Origin: an uncultured Acidobacteriota bacterium
Lineage (GTDB): Bacteria > Acidobacteriota > JAQAZP01
Direction: 5' to 3'
NCBI GenBank assembly: GCA_963836075.1
Contig: CAWIIB010000009.1
Coordinates: 1,248,001-1,312,000 of the forward strand
Length of the DNA stretch: 64,000 nt
Under the pieces are notes generated by a model that was not told the DNA's origin, did no database searches, and saw only the letters and a list, made by a program, of their open reading frames with translations. This document shows, in pieces, positions 47,055-56,030 of this stretch; the stretch's first letter is position 1, and every line of letters starts with the position of its first letter. A program made the translations under genes and the position numbers.

Positions 47055-48442
47055 GGTGCCTCCTCCCCGGCCAGCAGCCGGGCCGCTTCCGGGGCCAGGG
47101 TTTCGGCAATCACCCGGTGCCCCTCGCTGTTCCAGTGGCTGGCCACCCAGTAGCTGTCAAACTCGCCGGTATAGGCGCTCTCCGTTTCCAGGTAGGGGAT
47201 GCCCAGCTCACTCAGGATAGCACGCAAGCGGCGGTCCGCGTCCAGGTTCTCCTGGTCGGCGTTGAACACGGCAAGCTGGGCCCCGTCCTCCCGCACCAGG
47301 CAATCCAGGTCGCGGAGCAGCAGCCCGGTCACTGCCCAGGCCTCCTCCTCGTCCACCTCCCCGGTCGCCACGTGGCCCAGGGCCACCTGGCGCAGCAGTG
47401 ACTCCACGAAGATCAGGGTGGAGGAATGGCGGAGCAACGGGCCCGAGGCCAGGCCGGTACCGCTCTGGTCGGGCACCGGCACGTTGGTCAGCAGCAGCGT
47501 CGAACCGTGGCGGATGAAGCAGGGTTTGTGCCCCCGCCAGTAGCGGTCTCGCACGTTGAACGGCACATCGTTGCTGCAGAACTGCAGCAGCACCAGGTCG
47601 GGACTGCAGCCCCGGCCGTAGTGCACATAGGCCAGCAGTTCCTGGTCGGTGGAGAAGCCCCCCACGCCGAGGTTGATCACTTCCAGCGGGCCCCGGGGAG
47701 CCAGCAGCCGGGCCAGCCGCGCGGTGTAGGTCTCGTCTTCGTTCACCGTGTAGGCTTCGGTGTGCGAGTCGCCGAGACAGACGATCCTTCTCACGCCCGC
47801 CGGTTTCTCCTCCGCGGGAAGCACGGTGCGGAAGCCATCCAGGCTGATTTCCTCACGGGAGGTGAACAGCTCGTTGTCCCGCTCCACCACCAGGCCGGGC
47901 CGCAGTTTCCAGCCCAGTTGCGGGTCGTGCACCGCGAAGAGGTTGTTGTGCGAACGTCCGGGCAGGATAAAGGCGCCGATGAACAGGTCGAGGAGCAGGA
48001 AGAGGACAAGGTAGATGACGATCAGCGCCGCCTGGCCCCGGAATCTCCCCCGGTCCGCCCTGCGGGACCGGACAGCGGATTTGACGGTGAGGAGGACCAG
48101 CCCCACGGCCAGGCCGGCGGCAAAGGGGCCCCGGTGGCCGCCGAATCCCACGACCGCCGCGACCAGCGCCAGGAGCGCCAGGGGGACAAAGCCCACCCGG
48201 CGCAGGATGGGCCGGGTCAGTTCCAGCAACAGCTCCCGCCAGGAGGAGCTGAAAAAGAGGCCGGTCCAGACCAGCCCGGCCAGCAGTGCCAGCAGGCGGA
48301 AAGGGCCGGTGCGGCCGGTGGCGATCAGCTCCGCGGCGGCGGAGATTGCCGGGAAGAGGGCCGGGGCAAGCCAGGCCGCCAGAACCACCAGGCGCAAAGG
48401 CCCGTTCTCGGTCGGTGCTGGCTGGTCTTTACCCAGGATCAT
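47051..48442 (-). CDS. Membrane-anchored SGNH/GDSL hydrolase (possible O-acyltransferase component)
   Basis: LGDSHT, NLGVGGFSTDQ, SND and HWNSEGH, with N-terminal TM helices. Confidence 0.8.
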   Translation of the reverse strand: MILGKDQPAPTENGPLRLVVLAAWLAPALFPAISAAAELIATGRTGPFRLLALLAGLVWTGLFFSSSWRELLLELTRPILRRVGFVPLALLALVAAVVGFGGHRGPFAAGLAVGLVLLTVKSAVRSRRADRGRFRGQAALIVIYLVLFLLLDLFIGAFILPGRSHNNLFAVHDPQLGWKLRPGLVVERDNELFTSREEISLDGFRTVLPAEEKPAGVRRIVCLGDSHTEAYTVNEDETYTARLARLLAPRGPLEVINLGVGGFSTDQELLAYVHYGRGCSPDLVLLQFCSNDVPFNVRDRYWRGHKPCFIRHGSTLLLTNVPVPDQSGTGLASGPLLRHSSTLIFVESLLRQVALGHVATGEVDEEEAWAVTGLLLRDLDCLVREDGAQLAVFNADQENLDADRRLRAILSELGIPYLETESAYTGEFDSYWVASHWNSEGHRVIAETLAPEAARLLAGEEAP

Positions 48443-48606
48443 CTGAGCCCCATACGGCGGATGCGGGTGGCGACGCTGGTGCGGTGAAAGGAAAAATTGT
48501 ACTGGGCGGGGGGCCCGGATTCAAGCGGGTTGGCATTGCGGCCCGGGGGCCGGTTTATTACAATGCCGGCTCGCTGTTCGGATGGACCGGAACTGGAAAT
48601 CAAAGG

Positions 48607-49164
48607 ATGAGCACCATGAACAAGGAACTGCTGGAACTGTGGCCCGAAATAGAGTGGATCGAGGATAGTGAACTGCGGGAGAAAACCGCCCGCACCTGGG
48701 AACTGGCCCTGGAGCGCAGCGCGCTCACCGGCGAGGACCTGAAAGAGATCCCCTTCACCCTGCTGGTGAAGGAATGCCCGGCTTCCTTTATGGACCACAA
48801 GCGCTGCGTGGTCCACATCTCCCGCGACTCGGCGAAAGCGATGCAGGCCTTCTTCGGCGACAACCTGCCGATCCACATGGACACCGTGATCGCCGGGGCG
48901 ATCCTGGCCGATGTGGGCAAACTGCTGGAGTACGAGCTCAAGGATGGCAAGTCGGTGGTGGGGATGACCGGCAAGTATCTGCGCCACCCCTTCACCGGTG
49001 TGGCCCTGGCCATGGAGTGCGGGGTTCCCGAGGCGGTCTGCCACATCATCGCCGCCCATGCCGGCGAGGGGGACAAGGTGGTGCGCACCACCGAGGCCTA
49101 CATCGTCCACCACGCCGACTTCATGAGCTACGAGCCGTTCCGCACGGCTGACAAGTGGAAGTAG
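48607..49164 (+). CDS. HD-domain-like metal-dependent phosphohydrolase
   Basis: MDH...AILADVGK...RH...AH...HHADF. Confidence 0.75.
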   Translation: MSTMNKELLELWPEIEWIEDSELREKTARTWELALERSALTGEDLKEIPFTLLVKECPASFMDHKRCVVHISRDSAKAMQAFFGDNLPIHMDTVIAGAILADVGKLLEYELKDGKSVVGMTGKYLRHPFTGVALAMECGVPEAVCHIIAAHAGEGDKVVRTTEAYIVHHADFMSYEPFRTADKWK

Positions 49165-49176
49165 GCGGCAGTTCCT

Positions 49177-49187
49177 GTCATTGCGAG
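49177..49187 (+). repeat. Left fragment of the REP-like palindrome interrupted by IS110
   Basis: GTCATTGCGAG joins to 50846 to rebuild the left arm. Confidence 0.8.
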
Positions 49188-49239
49188 CCGCCGACCCGCT
49201 GGGGCAGCGGGAGATATGTAAAAGAAACAGTTCCTTGTA

Positions 49240-49440
49240 CAGTTAGGCTTTCACGGTCCTGGCAGCAATGACCGGCGGCACATTGGAGCACTGTTGCCCG
49301 CTTGCGAGCCTGGTTCCGGGGTAGGAGAAGGTCTGATTGGTGAAGCTCCGATTCTGGTTAGGCGCCCGAACGAAGCTATCCCGTTTAAGAGATTACTCGA
49401 CGATCTCCTCCGGGCCAGGGCCAGAAGTTAACCACCACAC
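49240..49440 (+). ncRNA. Candidate IS110 bridge RNA (boundaries approximate)
   Basis: The 5' non-coding region contains TTGCGAG (49302-08, equal to target left plus core), GCTCC (49345-49, complementary to target right) and TTAAGAG (49385-91, equal to IS right end plus core). Confidence 0.65.
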
Positions 49441-49453
49441 AAGGAACTGTCAG

Positions 49454-50842
49454 ATGAAGGATAGCAAGAAGAAGCGAGAGAAGTCACGGTCAAAGATGAA
49501 GAAGCTGGACGAGACGATGGAGCAGGTCAACCCTTCGGCGGCTGGTATCGACGTGGGATCCCGCAAGCATCTGGTGGCGGTATCACCGGAGCGGGATGAG
49601 CAGCCGGTTCGTTCGTTTGACTGCAAGACACCTGACCTGCATGAGATGGGCCGTTGGCTGACCAGTTGCGGCGTCACGACAGTAGCGATGGAGAGTACCG
49701 GGGTCTACTGGGTCCCGGTGGCCAATGTGCTGGAGCAGCATGGGCTGGAGGTGGTACTGGTGGATGCCCGCCAGTCCAGGAACGTGCCGGGGCGGAAGAA
49801 GACGGACGTGCTTGACTGCCAGTGGATCCGGAAGCTCCATGCCTACGGTCTTCTCCAAGGCGCCTTCAGGCCCGAACGTCAGATCCAGACGTTGCGGGGA
49901 TACTGGCGTCATAGAGCAGGTCTGGTGGAATCGCGTTCCACGCAGATCCAACTGATGCAGAAAGCACTGGAGCAGATGAACCTGCAACTGCATAAAGTAC
50001 TCAGCGACATTGCCGGCGTCACTGGCATGAAGATCCTCAGGGCCATCATCGACGGTGAGCATGATCCACAGGTGCTGGCCAAGATGAGGCACAAGCAAGT
50101 GAAGAGCAGCGAGGATGAGATCGTCAAGTCGCTGACCGGCGACTACCACGAAGAACAGTTGTTCATCCTCCAGCAGGCCGTGGAGCTCTACGATCATTAT
50201 ATGGAGAAGATCGCGGCCTGTGATGCCGAGCTCGAACGCTACCTGTCAACATTGGAGAGCAAGGGTGATCTGGCCGCCTATGACGGTAAAGCCCAGACCA
50301 GCCGTCGAAAGAACCAGCCCTGCTTCGACCTCAGGCAAGAGCTCTATCGCATCAGTGGTGTTGACCTGACCCGGATCGACGGCATCGATGCACTGACTGC
50401 CCAGACAGTGATCAGCGAATGCGGTATCAACATGAACCCGTTCCCCACGGTTAAGAACTTCTGTTCGTGGCTCGGCCTGAGCCCGAACAACAGGATAACC
50501 GGAGGGAAGATCAAGCGACGTGGGACACGCAAGGTGGTTAACCGGGCATCCACCGCGCTACGACTGGCGGCCCAAAGCCTCCACCGCAGTAACTCATACC
50601 TCGGTGCTTACCTGAGGCGGATGAAGGCCCGCATCGGGCCTCAAAAGGCGACAACTGCAACCGCTCACAAGCTGGCCCAGTTGATCTACCGGATGCTCAA
50701 ACATGGAATGACGTTCGTGGACCAGGGACAAGAGCTGTTCGAAAAGCAACATCAGGAACGATACCTGAAAGCTGTGAAAAAACGTTTGAAAGCAATCGGA
50801 TACGACCTCGTAGCGACAGACACCGGGGTTGTTGTTTCTTAA
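49454..50842 (+). CDS. IS110-family DEDD transposase/recombinase
   Basis: AAGIDVG, VAMESTGVYW, KKTDVLDC, FCSWLGLSP...TGG, TATAHKLA..IY.ML. RBS AAGGAA. Confidence 0.95.
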   Translation: MKDSKKKREKSRSKMKKLDETMEQVNPSAAGIDVGSRKHLVAVSPERDEQPVRSFDCKTPDLHEMGRWLTSCGVTTVAMESTGVYWVPVANVLEQHGLEVVLVDARQSRNVPGRKKTDVLDCQWIRKLHAYGLLQGAFRPERQIQTLRGYWRHRAGLVESRSTQIQLMQKALEQMNLQLHKVLSDIAGVTGMKILRAIIDGEHDPQVLAKMRHKQVKSSEDEIVKSLTGDYHEEQLFILQQAVELYDHYMEKIAACDAELERYLSTLESKGDLAAYDGKAQTSRRKNQPCFDLRQELYRISGVDLTRIDGIDALTAQTVISECGINMNPFPTVKNFCSWLGLSPNNRITGGKIKRRGTRKVVNRASTALRLAAQSLHRSNSYLGAYLRRMKARIGPQKATTATAHKLAQLIYRMLKHGMTFVDQGQELFEKQHQERYLKAVKKRLKAIGYDLVATDTGVVVS

Positions 50843-50845
50843 GAG

Positions 50846-50933
50846 GAGCCCGCAGGGCGACGAAGCAATCTCTCTTCAGGCATTCAAGTGCCGGGGAGAT
50901 CGCCACGTCGCCCTGCGGGCTCTTCGCGATAAC
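50846..50933. repeat. REP-like palindromic element (remainder)
   Basis: GAGCCCGCAGGGCGACGAAGCAATCTC pairs with GAGATCGCCACGTCGCCCTGCGGGCTC, followed by TTCGCGATAAC. Confidence 0.85.
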
Positions 50934-50942
50934 AGAGAGGGA

Positions 50943-51953
50943 TCAGCGGCAGAAGGTGCCGGAGCGGCCGTTGGCGGCGAGGGAGCGCACTTCATCTTCA
51001 CCGAGGCCGAAGGACTCGATGGCCAGAAGATACTCTTTGGCAATGTTGGTGCCCGACACGGTGGTGTTGTCGGTGCAGAGGGTGCAGGGAACCCCGTATT
51101 CGAGGAAGCGGGGCAGGGGGTGGTCCTTGATGTCGGTTATCGCCCCGGTCTGCAGGTTCGAGGTGAGGCAGCACTCCACCATGATGCCGTCGTCGGCCAG
51201 CCGGCGCAGCAGGGCCTCGTCCCTGCCGGCGCTGGTGCCGTGGCCGATGCGGTCCGGGGCCAGCAGTTCCACCGCCTGCCAGATCTTGTCCGGCCCGTCA
51301 GCCTCGCCCACGTGTACCGTGCGGTGGAGGCCCATTTTTTTCGCCAGGGCGTAGGCATCGGTGAAGAGGATCGGGGGGAAGGGCCGTTCAGGCCCGGCGA
51401 TGTCGAACCCCACCACCCCGGGGCCGCTGTGATACTGCTCCATCTCGCCGGCGATCTCCCGCAGCAGGATCTTGGCCATGTTGCCGCCATGGTTGCGCAT
51501 GGCGATGATCACCAGGCCCAGGGTCATCTCCGGTTGCTGCTCGCCGAACTCCTTGAGGCCGGCCAGGGTGGCGTTGATCACCTGGCGGGTGGTCAGGCCG
51601 GCCCGGCGGTGGATCAGCGGGTTGACCCGCAGCTCCAGCAGCCGCACACCTTCGTGCCAGGCATCCTCGGCGATCTCGTAGGAGATGGTGCGGATGTTGC
51701 CGTAAAACTGGGTGTACTGCAGCGGCACGTGGAACTTGTCCAGGTAGTCCATCAGCGTGCTGTCTTTCTTCGGGTCGTAGCGCAGCATCCGCTGGAAGCC
51801 GTGGAAATCCATGCCCGGGATGGCTTCGTAGTAGCGCTCGGAGAGGTCCCAGAGGGTGGAGGGCCGTATCGAACCGTCCATGTGCCGGTGCAGGTCGCCC
51901 AGGCCCAGGGTGCCGAGAAACTCCAGCCAGCGCGTCCTCTCCTTGTCGGTCAT
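50943..51953 (-). CDS. add: Adenosine deaminase-family metallohydrolase
   Basis: DLHRHMDGS, GFDIAGPE, TVHVGE, RIGHG, CLTSN, CTDN. Confidence 0.85.
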   Translation of the reverse strand: MTDKERTRWLEFLGTLGLGDLHRHMDGSIRPSTLWDLSERYYEAIPGMDFHGFQRMLRYDPKKDSTLMDYLDKFHVPLQYTQFYGNIRTISYEIAEDAWHEGVRLLELRVNPLIHRRAGLTTRQVINATLAGLKEFGEQQPEMTLGLVIIAMRNHGGNMAKILLREIAGEMEQYHSGPGVVGFDIAGPERPFPPILFTDAYALAKKMGLHRTVHVGEADGPDKIWQAVELLAPDRIGHGTSAGRDEALLRRLADDGIMVECCLTSNLQTGAITDIKDHPLPRFLEYGVPCTLCTDNTTVSGTNIAKEYLLAIESFGLGEDEVRSLAANGRSGTFCR

Positions 51954-52933
51954 TGTCCACCCTCTCCCCAGGCCGCCGGTACGGTGTAGGCCTCTCCGGC
52001 CAGCGGCGGCCGGGTGGTCAGTTCCTGCCCGTTGGCCAGCCGGGTGACGAACTGCCCGCAGTTGCTGCCAATGGCGTTCTCCCGCAGCTCGCCGATACTG
52101 AGAATCACCTTGAACCCCTCCCGCTCCAGCTCCCGGACCAGCGGGCCGGCGGTGTCCGGGTCCCGGGGGTCGAAGCCGGAGCGGAGGCCAGAGGCCAGGG
52201 CCCGCTCGGTGGGGTTGAGTGGGGTCAGCTTGACCATGAAGCGCGTTGGGTCGAAGTGATGGCGGAGCACCGCGGCGTCGATGGGCATCCCTTCGATGAC
52301 GGTGAAGTTGAGGGTGATCTTCTTGTCCCCCGGCCGGTGGAAGCGGCGGCCGTACTCGGCGATCCGCGCCAGGCCCCAGCGGGGCACCGGCAGCAGGCGT
52401 TCCCGGGCCGCTTCGTCGGTGGAGTGGATGGAGAACTGCATCTGAAACCGCCCGCCGGCGTAGAGCCGGTCCTTGATATCCCGGATGGTCTCCAGCATCT
52501 GCCCGCAACTGCGGGGGGCGATGGTGGAGAGGCAGGGTTCGAGACCCGGGGCGTCGACAATTCCGGGCAGCCGCTCCAGCACTTCGGGGATCGCAGGGTT
52601 GTAGAGCGGTTCGCCCATCCTCGCGAACTGGATCTTGAACCGCGGCACCGGCACCTGCATGCCGGGGTAGCGGCGGCGGACCATGTGGGTGATCTGTTCC
52701 AGGATCTCGTCGGCGGTGAGCCGGCCGCGATATCCCCCGCCGGCGTCGCACATGGCGCAGCCGGCGGGACAGCCAAAGAGCGAGGAGACGATGAGTACCC
52801 ACTTCTGCTCCCGGGGCAGCGGCGGCTGGAGTGATTCGACGAACTCCACCAGCGAGGAGGGGTCATCCTCCCGCATCCGGGCCACGTAGACCCGGGCCAG
52901 GGCGTCATCGCCAAACTCTTTCTCCACGATCAT
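51950..52933 (-). CDS. RlmN/Cfr-related radical SAM protein
   Basis: GCPAGCAMCDA, RMGEP, SIH and a C-terminal NCGQ. Confidence 0.85.
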   Translation of the reverse strand: MIVEKEFGDDALARVYVARMREDDPSSLVEFVESLQPPLPREQKWVLIVSSLFGCPAGCAMCDAGGGYRGRLTADEILEQITHMVRRRYPGMQVPVPRFKIQFARMGEPLYNPAIPEVLERLPGIVDAPGLEPCLSTIAPRSCGQMLETIRDIKDRLYAGGRFQMQFSIHSTDEAARERLLPVPRWGLARIAEYGRRFHRPGDKKITLNFTVIEGMPIDAAVLRHHFDPTRFMVKLTPLNPTERALASGLRSGFDPRDPDTAGPLVRELEREGFKVILSIGELRENAIGSNCGQFVTRLANGQELTTRPPLAGEAYTVPAAWGEGGQ

Positions 52934-53853
52934 GGCCAACCTCTCGCCCGGGCCAGCCGGGCCGCTGCGTGCATGGCGGCCAGCACCCCCTCGCCCGCGG
53001 CGATGGACATCTGGCGGAAACGGCCGTGGGCCGCGTCCCCGGCCAGGTAGAGCGCCGGCAGCGATCCGTCGGCCGCCCCATCATCATAGCAACCCGGACG
53101 GAGCGGATCGAGGCCTTCGGCCAGCGCGGCATCCGGGTCACGGCCCACTGCGGCCAGGAGCGCATCACCGGTAAACCTGAGTTCCTCCGTTTCACCCTCC
53201 CGCCGGCAGATGAGGTCGGCCGTGCCGCCGTGGTCGCGAGACAGGCGCAGCGGTCCGGTTCGGGTGAGCAACTCAATGGCCGGAACCGCCGCGACACGCT
53301 CCAGGAGCAGCGGCAGGCACCGCGGTTCAGCCCCCCGAATTATAACTACCGGCTTCAATCCCCATTGGGCGCACGTAAGCGCGTAATCGAACGCGGCATC
53401 CCCGCCCCCCACGATCAGCACATTGCTGCCCGGGGCAAGCCGCGGAAGACGGCTGACTTCATAGTGCAGCAATCGTTCCCGCTGAGCCTCTTCTGCGCCC
53501 TCCAGCGGCAGGGGCCGCGGCCGGGAGCCAGTGGCCAGCAGCACGGCTTTTGCGGATATCGTCTCCCGGGATGTTTCGGCATGGAACAGCCATTCCGAAC
53601 GCCGAAGAGCGGTCACTTCTGAAATCTCGTGTGGCACGCCGCTGCGCTCCAGGTGCTTGAGCAACAGCCCGGCCACCTCCGGTCCGCCCATCGGCCGTGG
53701 CAGTCCGGGGTGGTTCTCCACCAGGTTGGCATTCCAGATCAGCCCGCCGATCCGCTCCCGCTCCACCAGCAGGGTGTTGAGCCCCGAGCGCTGGGCCTGA
53801 ACCGCTCCGGCCACCCCGGCCGGACCGCCGCCGATCACCAGCAGGTCAATCAT
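52930..53853 (-). CDS. FAD/NAD(P)-dependent oxidoreductase, thioredoxin-reductase fold without CxxC
   Basis: IGGGPAG, LATG, VGGGDAAFD, LAGD. HYEV occupies the usual CxxC position. Confidence 0.85.
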   Translation of the reverse strand: MIDLLVIGGGPAGVAGAVQAQRSGLNTLLVERERIGGLIWNANLVENHPGLPRPMGGPEVAGLLLKHLERSGVPHEISEVTALRRSEWLFHAETSRETISAKAVLLATGSRPRPLPLEGAEEAQRERLLHYEVSRLPRLAPGSNVLIVGGGDAAFDYALTCAQWGLKPVVIIRGAEPRCLPLLLERVAAVPAIELLTRTGPLRLSRDHGGTADLICRREGETEELRFTGDALLAAVGRDPDAALAEGLDPLRPGCYDDGAADGSLPALYLAGDAAHGRFRQMSIAAGEGVLAAMHAAARLARARGWP

Positions 53854-54532
53854 CCATGCCCCCGGTTCTCATTTGATCCAACAGGTCTTCTGTCCGGGCG
53901 AGACAGGCGAAACCGTGGCCCAGCGCCCGCAGCGATCCGAGGTGCAGCGCTTCGCTGGCCGAAGCAGTGGCATCGGTGGCCAGCACCACCTCGTAGTCCC
54001 GGATGAAGGCCTCGCGGGCACTGCTCTCCACACAGAGGTGGGTCATCACTCCGGCGATCACCACCCGCTCCGTCCCCAGTTCCCGCAGACGTTCCGCCAG
54101 CCCGGTTCCCATGAAGGCGCTGTATCGTGTCTTGCGCAGCACCGGAGCCCCGGCCGCCGCCTCGGCCACCACCGGGTCCAGCAGGGCGTCACCGGTTCCC
54201 TCACGCACGGTGTCGCGCCACCAGCGGGCCATCGCTCCCGGGTCCTCGCCGTCGGCCACGGCGTGGCGGGTGAGGACCACCGGCGCGCCGGCGGCCCGCC
54301 AGGCCTGGATCAGCGAGACCACGTTGGGCAGCACGCAGCGGCCGGCCGGGAGATAGGCGTGGGAGCGCTCCTCGAGAAAGAAACGCTGCATGTCGATCAC
54401 CAGCAGGGCGGTTTTCCCGGCCAGCAGCGGCTCCGGGCGGCGGCCGATCCCCATTGCGGCCAGTTCGGCCTCCCAGGCGCGGGCACGTACCTCGAGGGTC
54501 TGCGGTGTGATGTACAGGCCGGGATTCTCCAT
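53846..54532 (-). CDS. Isochorismatase-family cysteine hydrolase
   Basis: LLVIDMQ, KTRYSAF, GVMTHLCVES. Confidence 0.9.
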   Translation of the reverse strand: MENPGLYITPQTLEVRARAWEAELAAMGIGRRPEPLLAGKTALLVIDMQRFFLEERSHAYLPAGRCVLPNVVSLIQAWRAAGAPVVLTRHAVADGEDPGAMARWWRDTVREGTGDALLDPVVAEAAAGAPVLRKTRYSAFMGTGLAERLRELGTERVVIAGVMTHLCVESSAREAFIRDYEVVLATDATASASEALHLGSLRALGHGFACLARTEDLLDQMRTGGMDD

Positions 54533-54585
54533 GAGTGATCGCCTCCAGGTCCCCGGGACGGGATCCCGGGCCTTGACAGGCGGCC

Positions 54586-54615
54586 ATCTTACGAGCCGTT
54601 TCACGGTGGCGTCAA
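54586..54615 (-). promoter_or_regulatory. Putative sigma70 promoter of the four-gene operon
   Basis: TTGACG, 18 bp, TAAGAT on the minus strand. Confidence 0.5.
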
Positions 54616-54924
54616 GGGTGTTGCCGGTACAAAAAAGAAAGCGGAAAGGATCTTTCCCCTTTACGGCGGGCCAGTGAGGATTTATATTGGAAAAAGATGA
54701 CCGCTTGACTTGGACGTCAAGGGGAGCCCGGTGCGGCGAAGCCGGGTTGCAGCTGCTCCGCCGCACCTGAAGCAGGGTGTTTTAAAAAATATGGGGCCCG
54801 GGATCCCGGATAGCCATTCCAGAGGGGAATTGCCGGGTTGCCTTGCCTTGGATAATCCCCCGTAGTTCCCCGGGCCCCATGCAATTGTGTTCGTCTTTTT
54901 TCGAACCCCATTCCCTATTCACGC

Positions 54925-55605
54925 CTAGTGACAGACGCTCCAGGGACTGGTGTCTCCTCCCCGGCAGACCTCGCGGGTTTCCGTTGTGCCGGTGGAGGGT
55001 CTGAAATACTGGTACGTGGCGCTGAGGTAGTCGTGCTCGCCAGACGGTACGTCGACGGTCACCGTACCGATCACGTTGTCCAGAACGATGCTGATCTGTT
55101 CCGCGGTTGTCCAGGAGACCCCGGTGCAACTGGCGTAGAAGGCTGCTCCCGTGCCATCGGCCCGCTGTCGAAACCAGACCAGATGGCACTGGCCGAAATC
55201 GTCATATTGAACGTAGGGCTGATGATCGGAAAAACCCAGGCCCCCGGCAGTGATGGCCGCCGGTTCGCTGAACTCGCCTCGTTGGAGTGCCGAACGGAAA
55301 ATCCGGTATTCGGTGCCCACCTGACGGGACCAGTAAACCACCGGTTTTCCGGAAAGCGGATCGAGGGCAATCACCGGATCCTGGTCGAGGATGGAGTCCT
55401 GGGTGACCCAGATGGCACGCTCATCATTGCCGTTGACGATCAGCCGCAGGTCCCAGCCACTTGAACTCTTGTTGAAATCACGTACCACCATCCATACGGT
55501 GCCGTGGTCATCGACAATGCTGTCGGCCACGGCGGGCGCGGAAACAATTAGAACCGCGGCAAAGACGGCGATCAGGAAGATCAAACTGTTGGTCGTTGGT
55601 TTCAT
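54925..55605 (-). CDS. Hypothetical secreted protein
   Basis: Signal peptide ending APAVA and a beta-rich body. Confidence 0.7.
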   Translation of the reverse strand: MKPTTNSLIFLIAVFAAVLIVSAPAVADSIVDDHGTVWMVVRDFNKSSSGWDLRLIVNGNDERAIWVTQDSILDQDPVIALDPLSGKPVVYWSRQVGTEYRIFRSALQRGEFSEPAAITAGGLGFSDHQPYVQYDDFGQCHLVWFRQRADGTGAAFYASCTGVSWTTAEQISIVLDNVIGTVTVDVPSGEHDYLSATYQYFRPSTGTTETREVCRGGDTSPWSVCH

Positions 55606-55863
55606 CTGTTCTTTCACGATAGGTTGTGTTTCGATACACGCGGACCACGATTGAGTATCCGCCCTGGATTTACTATATGTTCCCGCATACTCGATGTCAA
55701 GAGAAAAATCAACATCTTGTTTATATTCTTCATCATGAGTAATTCTAATGATATGATTATAAATATATTATTTGATTCTCCCCATTTATGTGCCATGGTG
55801 TGCTGCGCAAATCAGAGATCAACTGATACTTGATGCCTGCCCCCGGAGGGGGGGGAGTGTTTT

Positions 55864-55953
55864 GGGGACGTACATGAATTTATGACTTTTTCAGGCCAGG
55901 ATGCGGGTGGTTGGCGCTGAAAGCGAAAAAGTCATAAATTCATGTACGTCCCC
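55864..55953. repeat. Perfect 29-bp inverted repeat with a 32-bp spacer (REPIN/MITE-like)
   Basis: GGGGACGTACATGAATTTATGACTTTTTC ... GAAAAAGTCATAAATTCATGTACGTCCCC. Confidence 0.9.
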
Positions 55954-56030
55954 GGCATTGTCCGCGACAGCGGCCTGCTATATATTGTCGTAACGGAGCA
56001 TGAACGATTTTTCCAGGAGGAACGGGGGTC

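Larger units (their letters stand above)
49188..50845 (+). mobile_element. IS110-family insertion sequence
   Basis: No terminal inverted repeats, GAG core at both junctions (49185-87 and 50843-45). Removing the element restores a palindrome. Confidence 0.9.

Noticed and set aside
51953-52802. Long N-terminal extension of the adenosine deaminase (619-aa ORF)
   Set aside because: The extension overlaps the radical SAM gene in another frame. The ATG at 51953 overlapping its stop is the plausible start.
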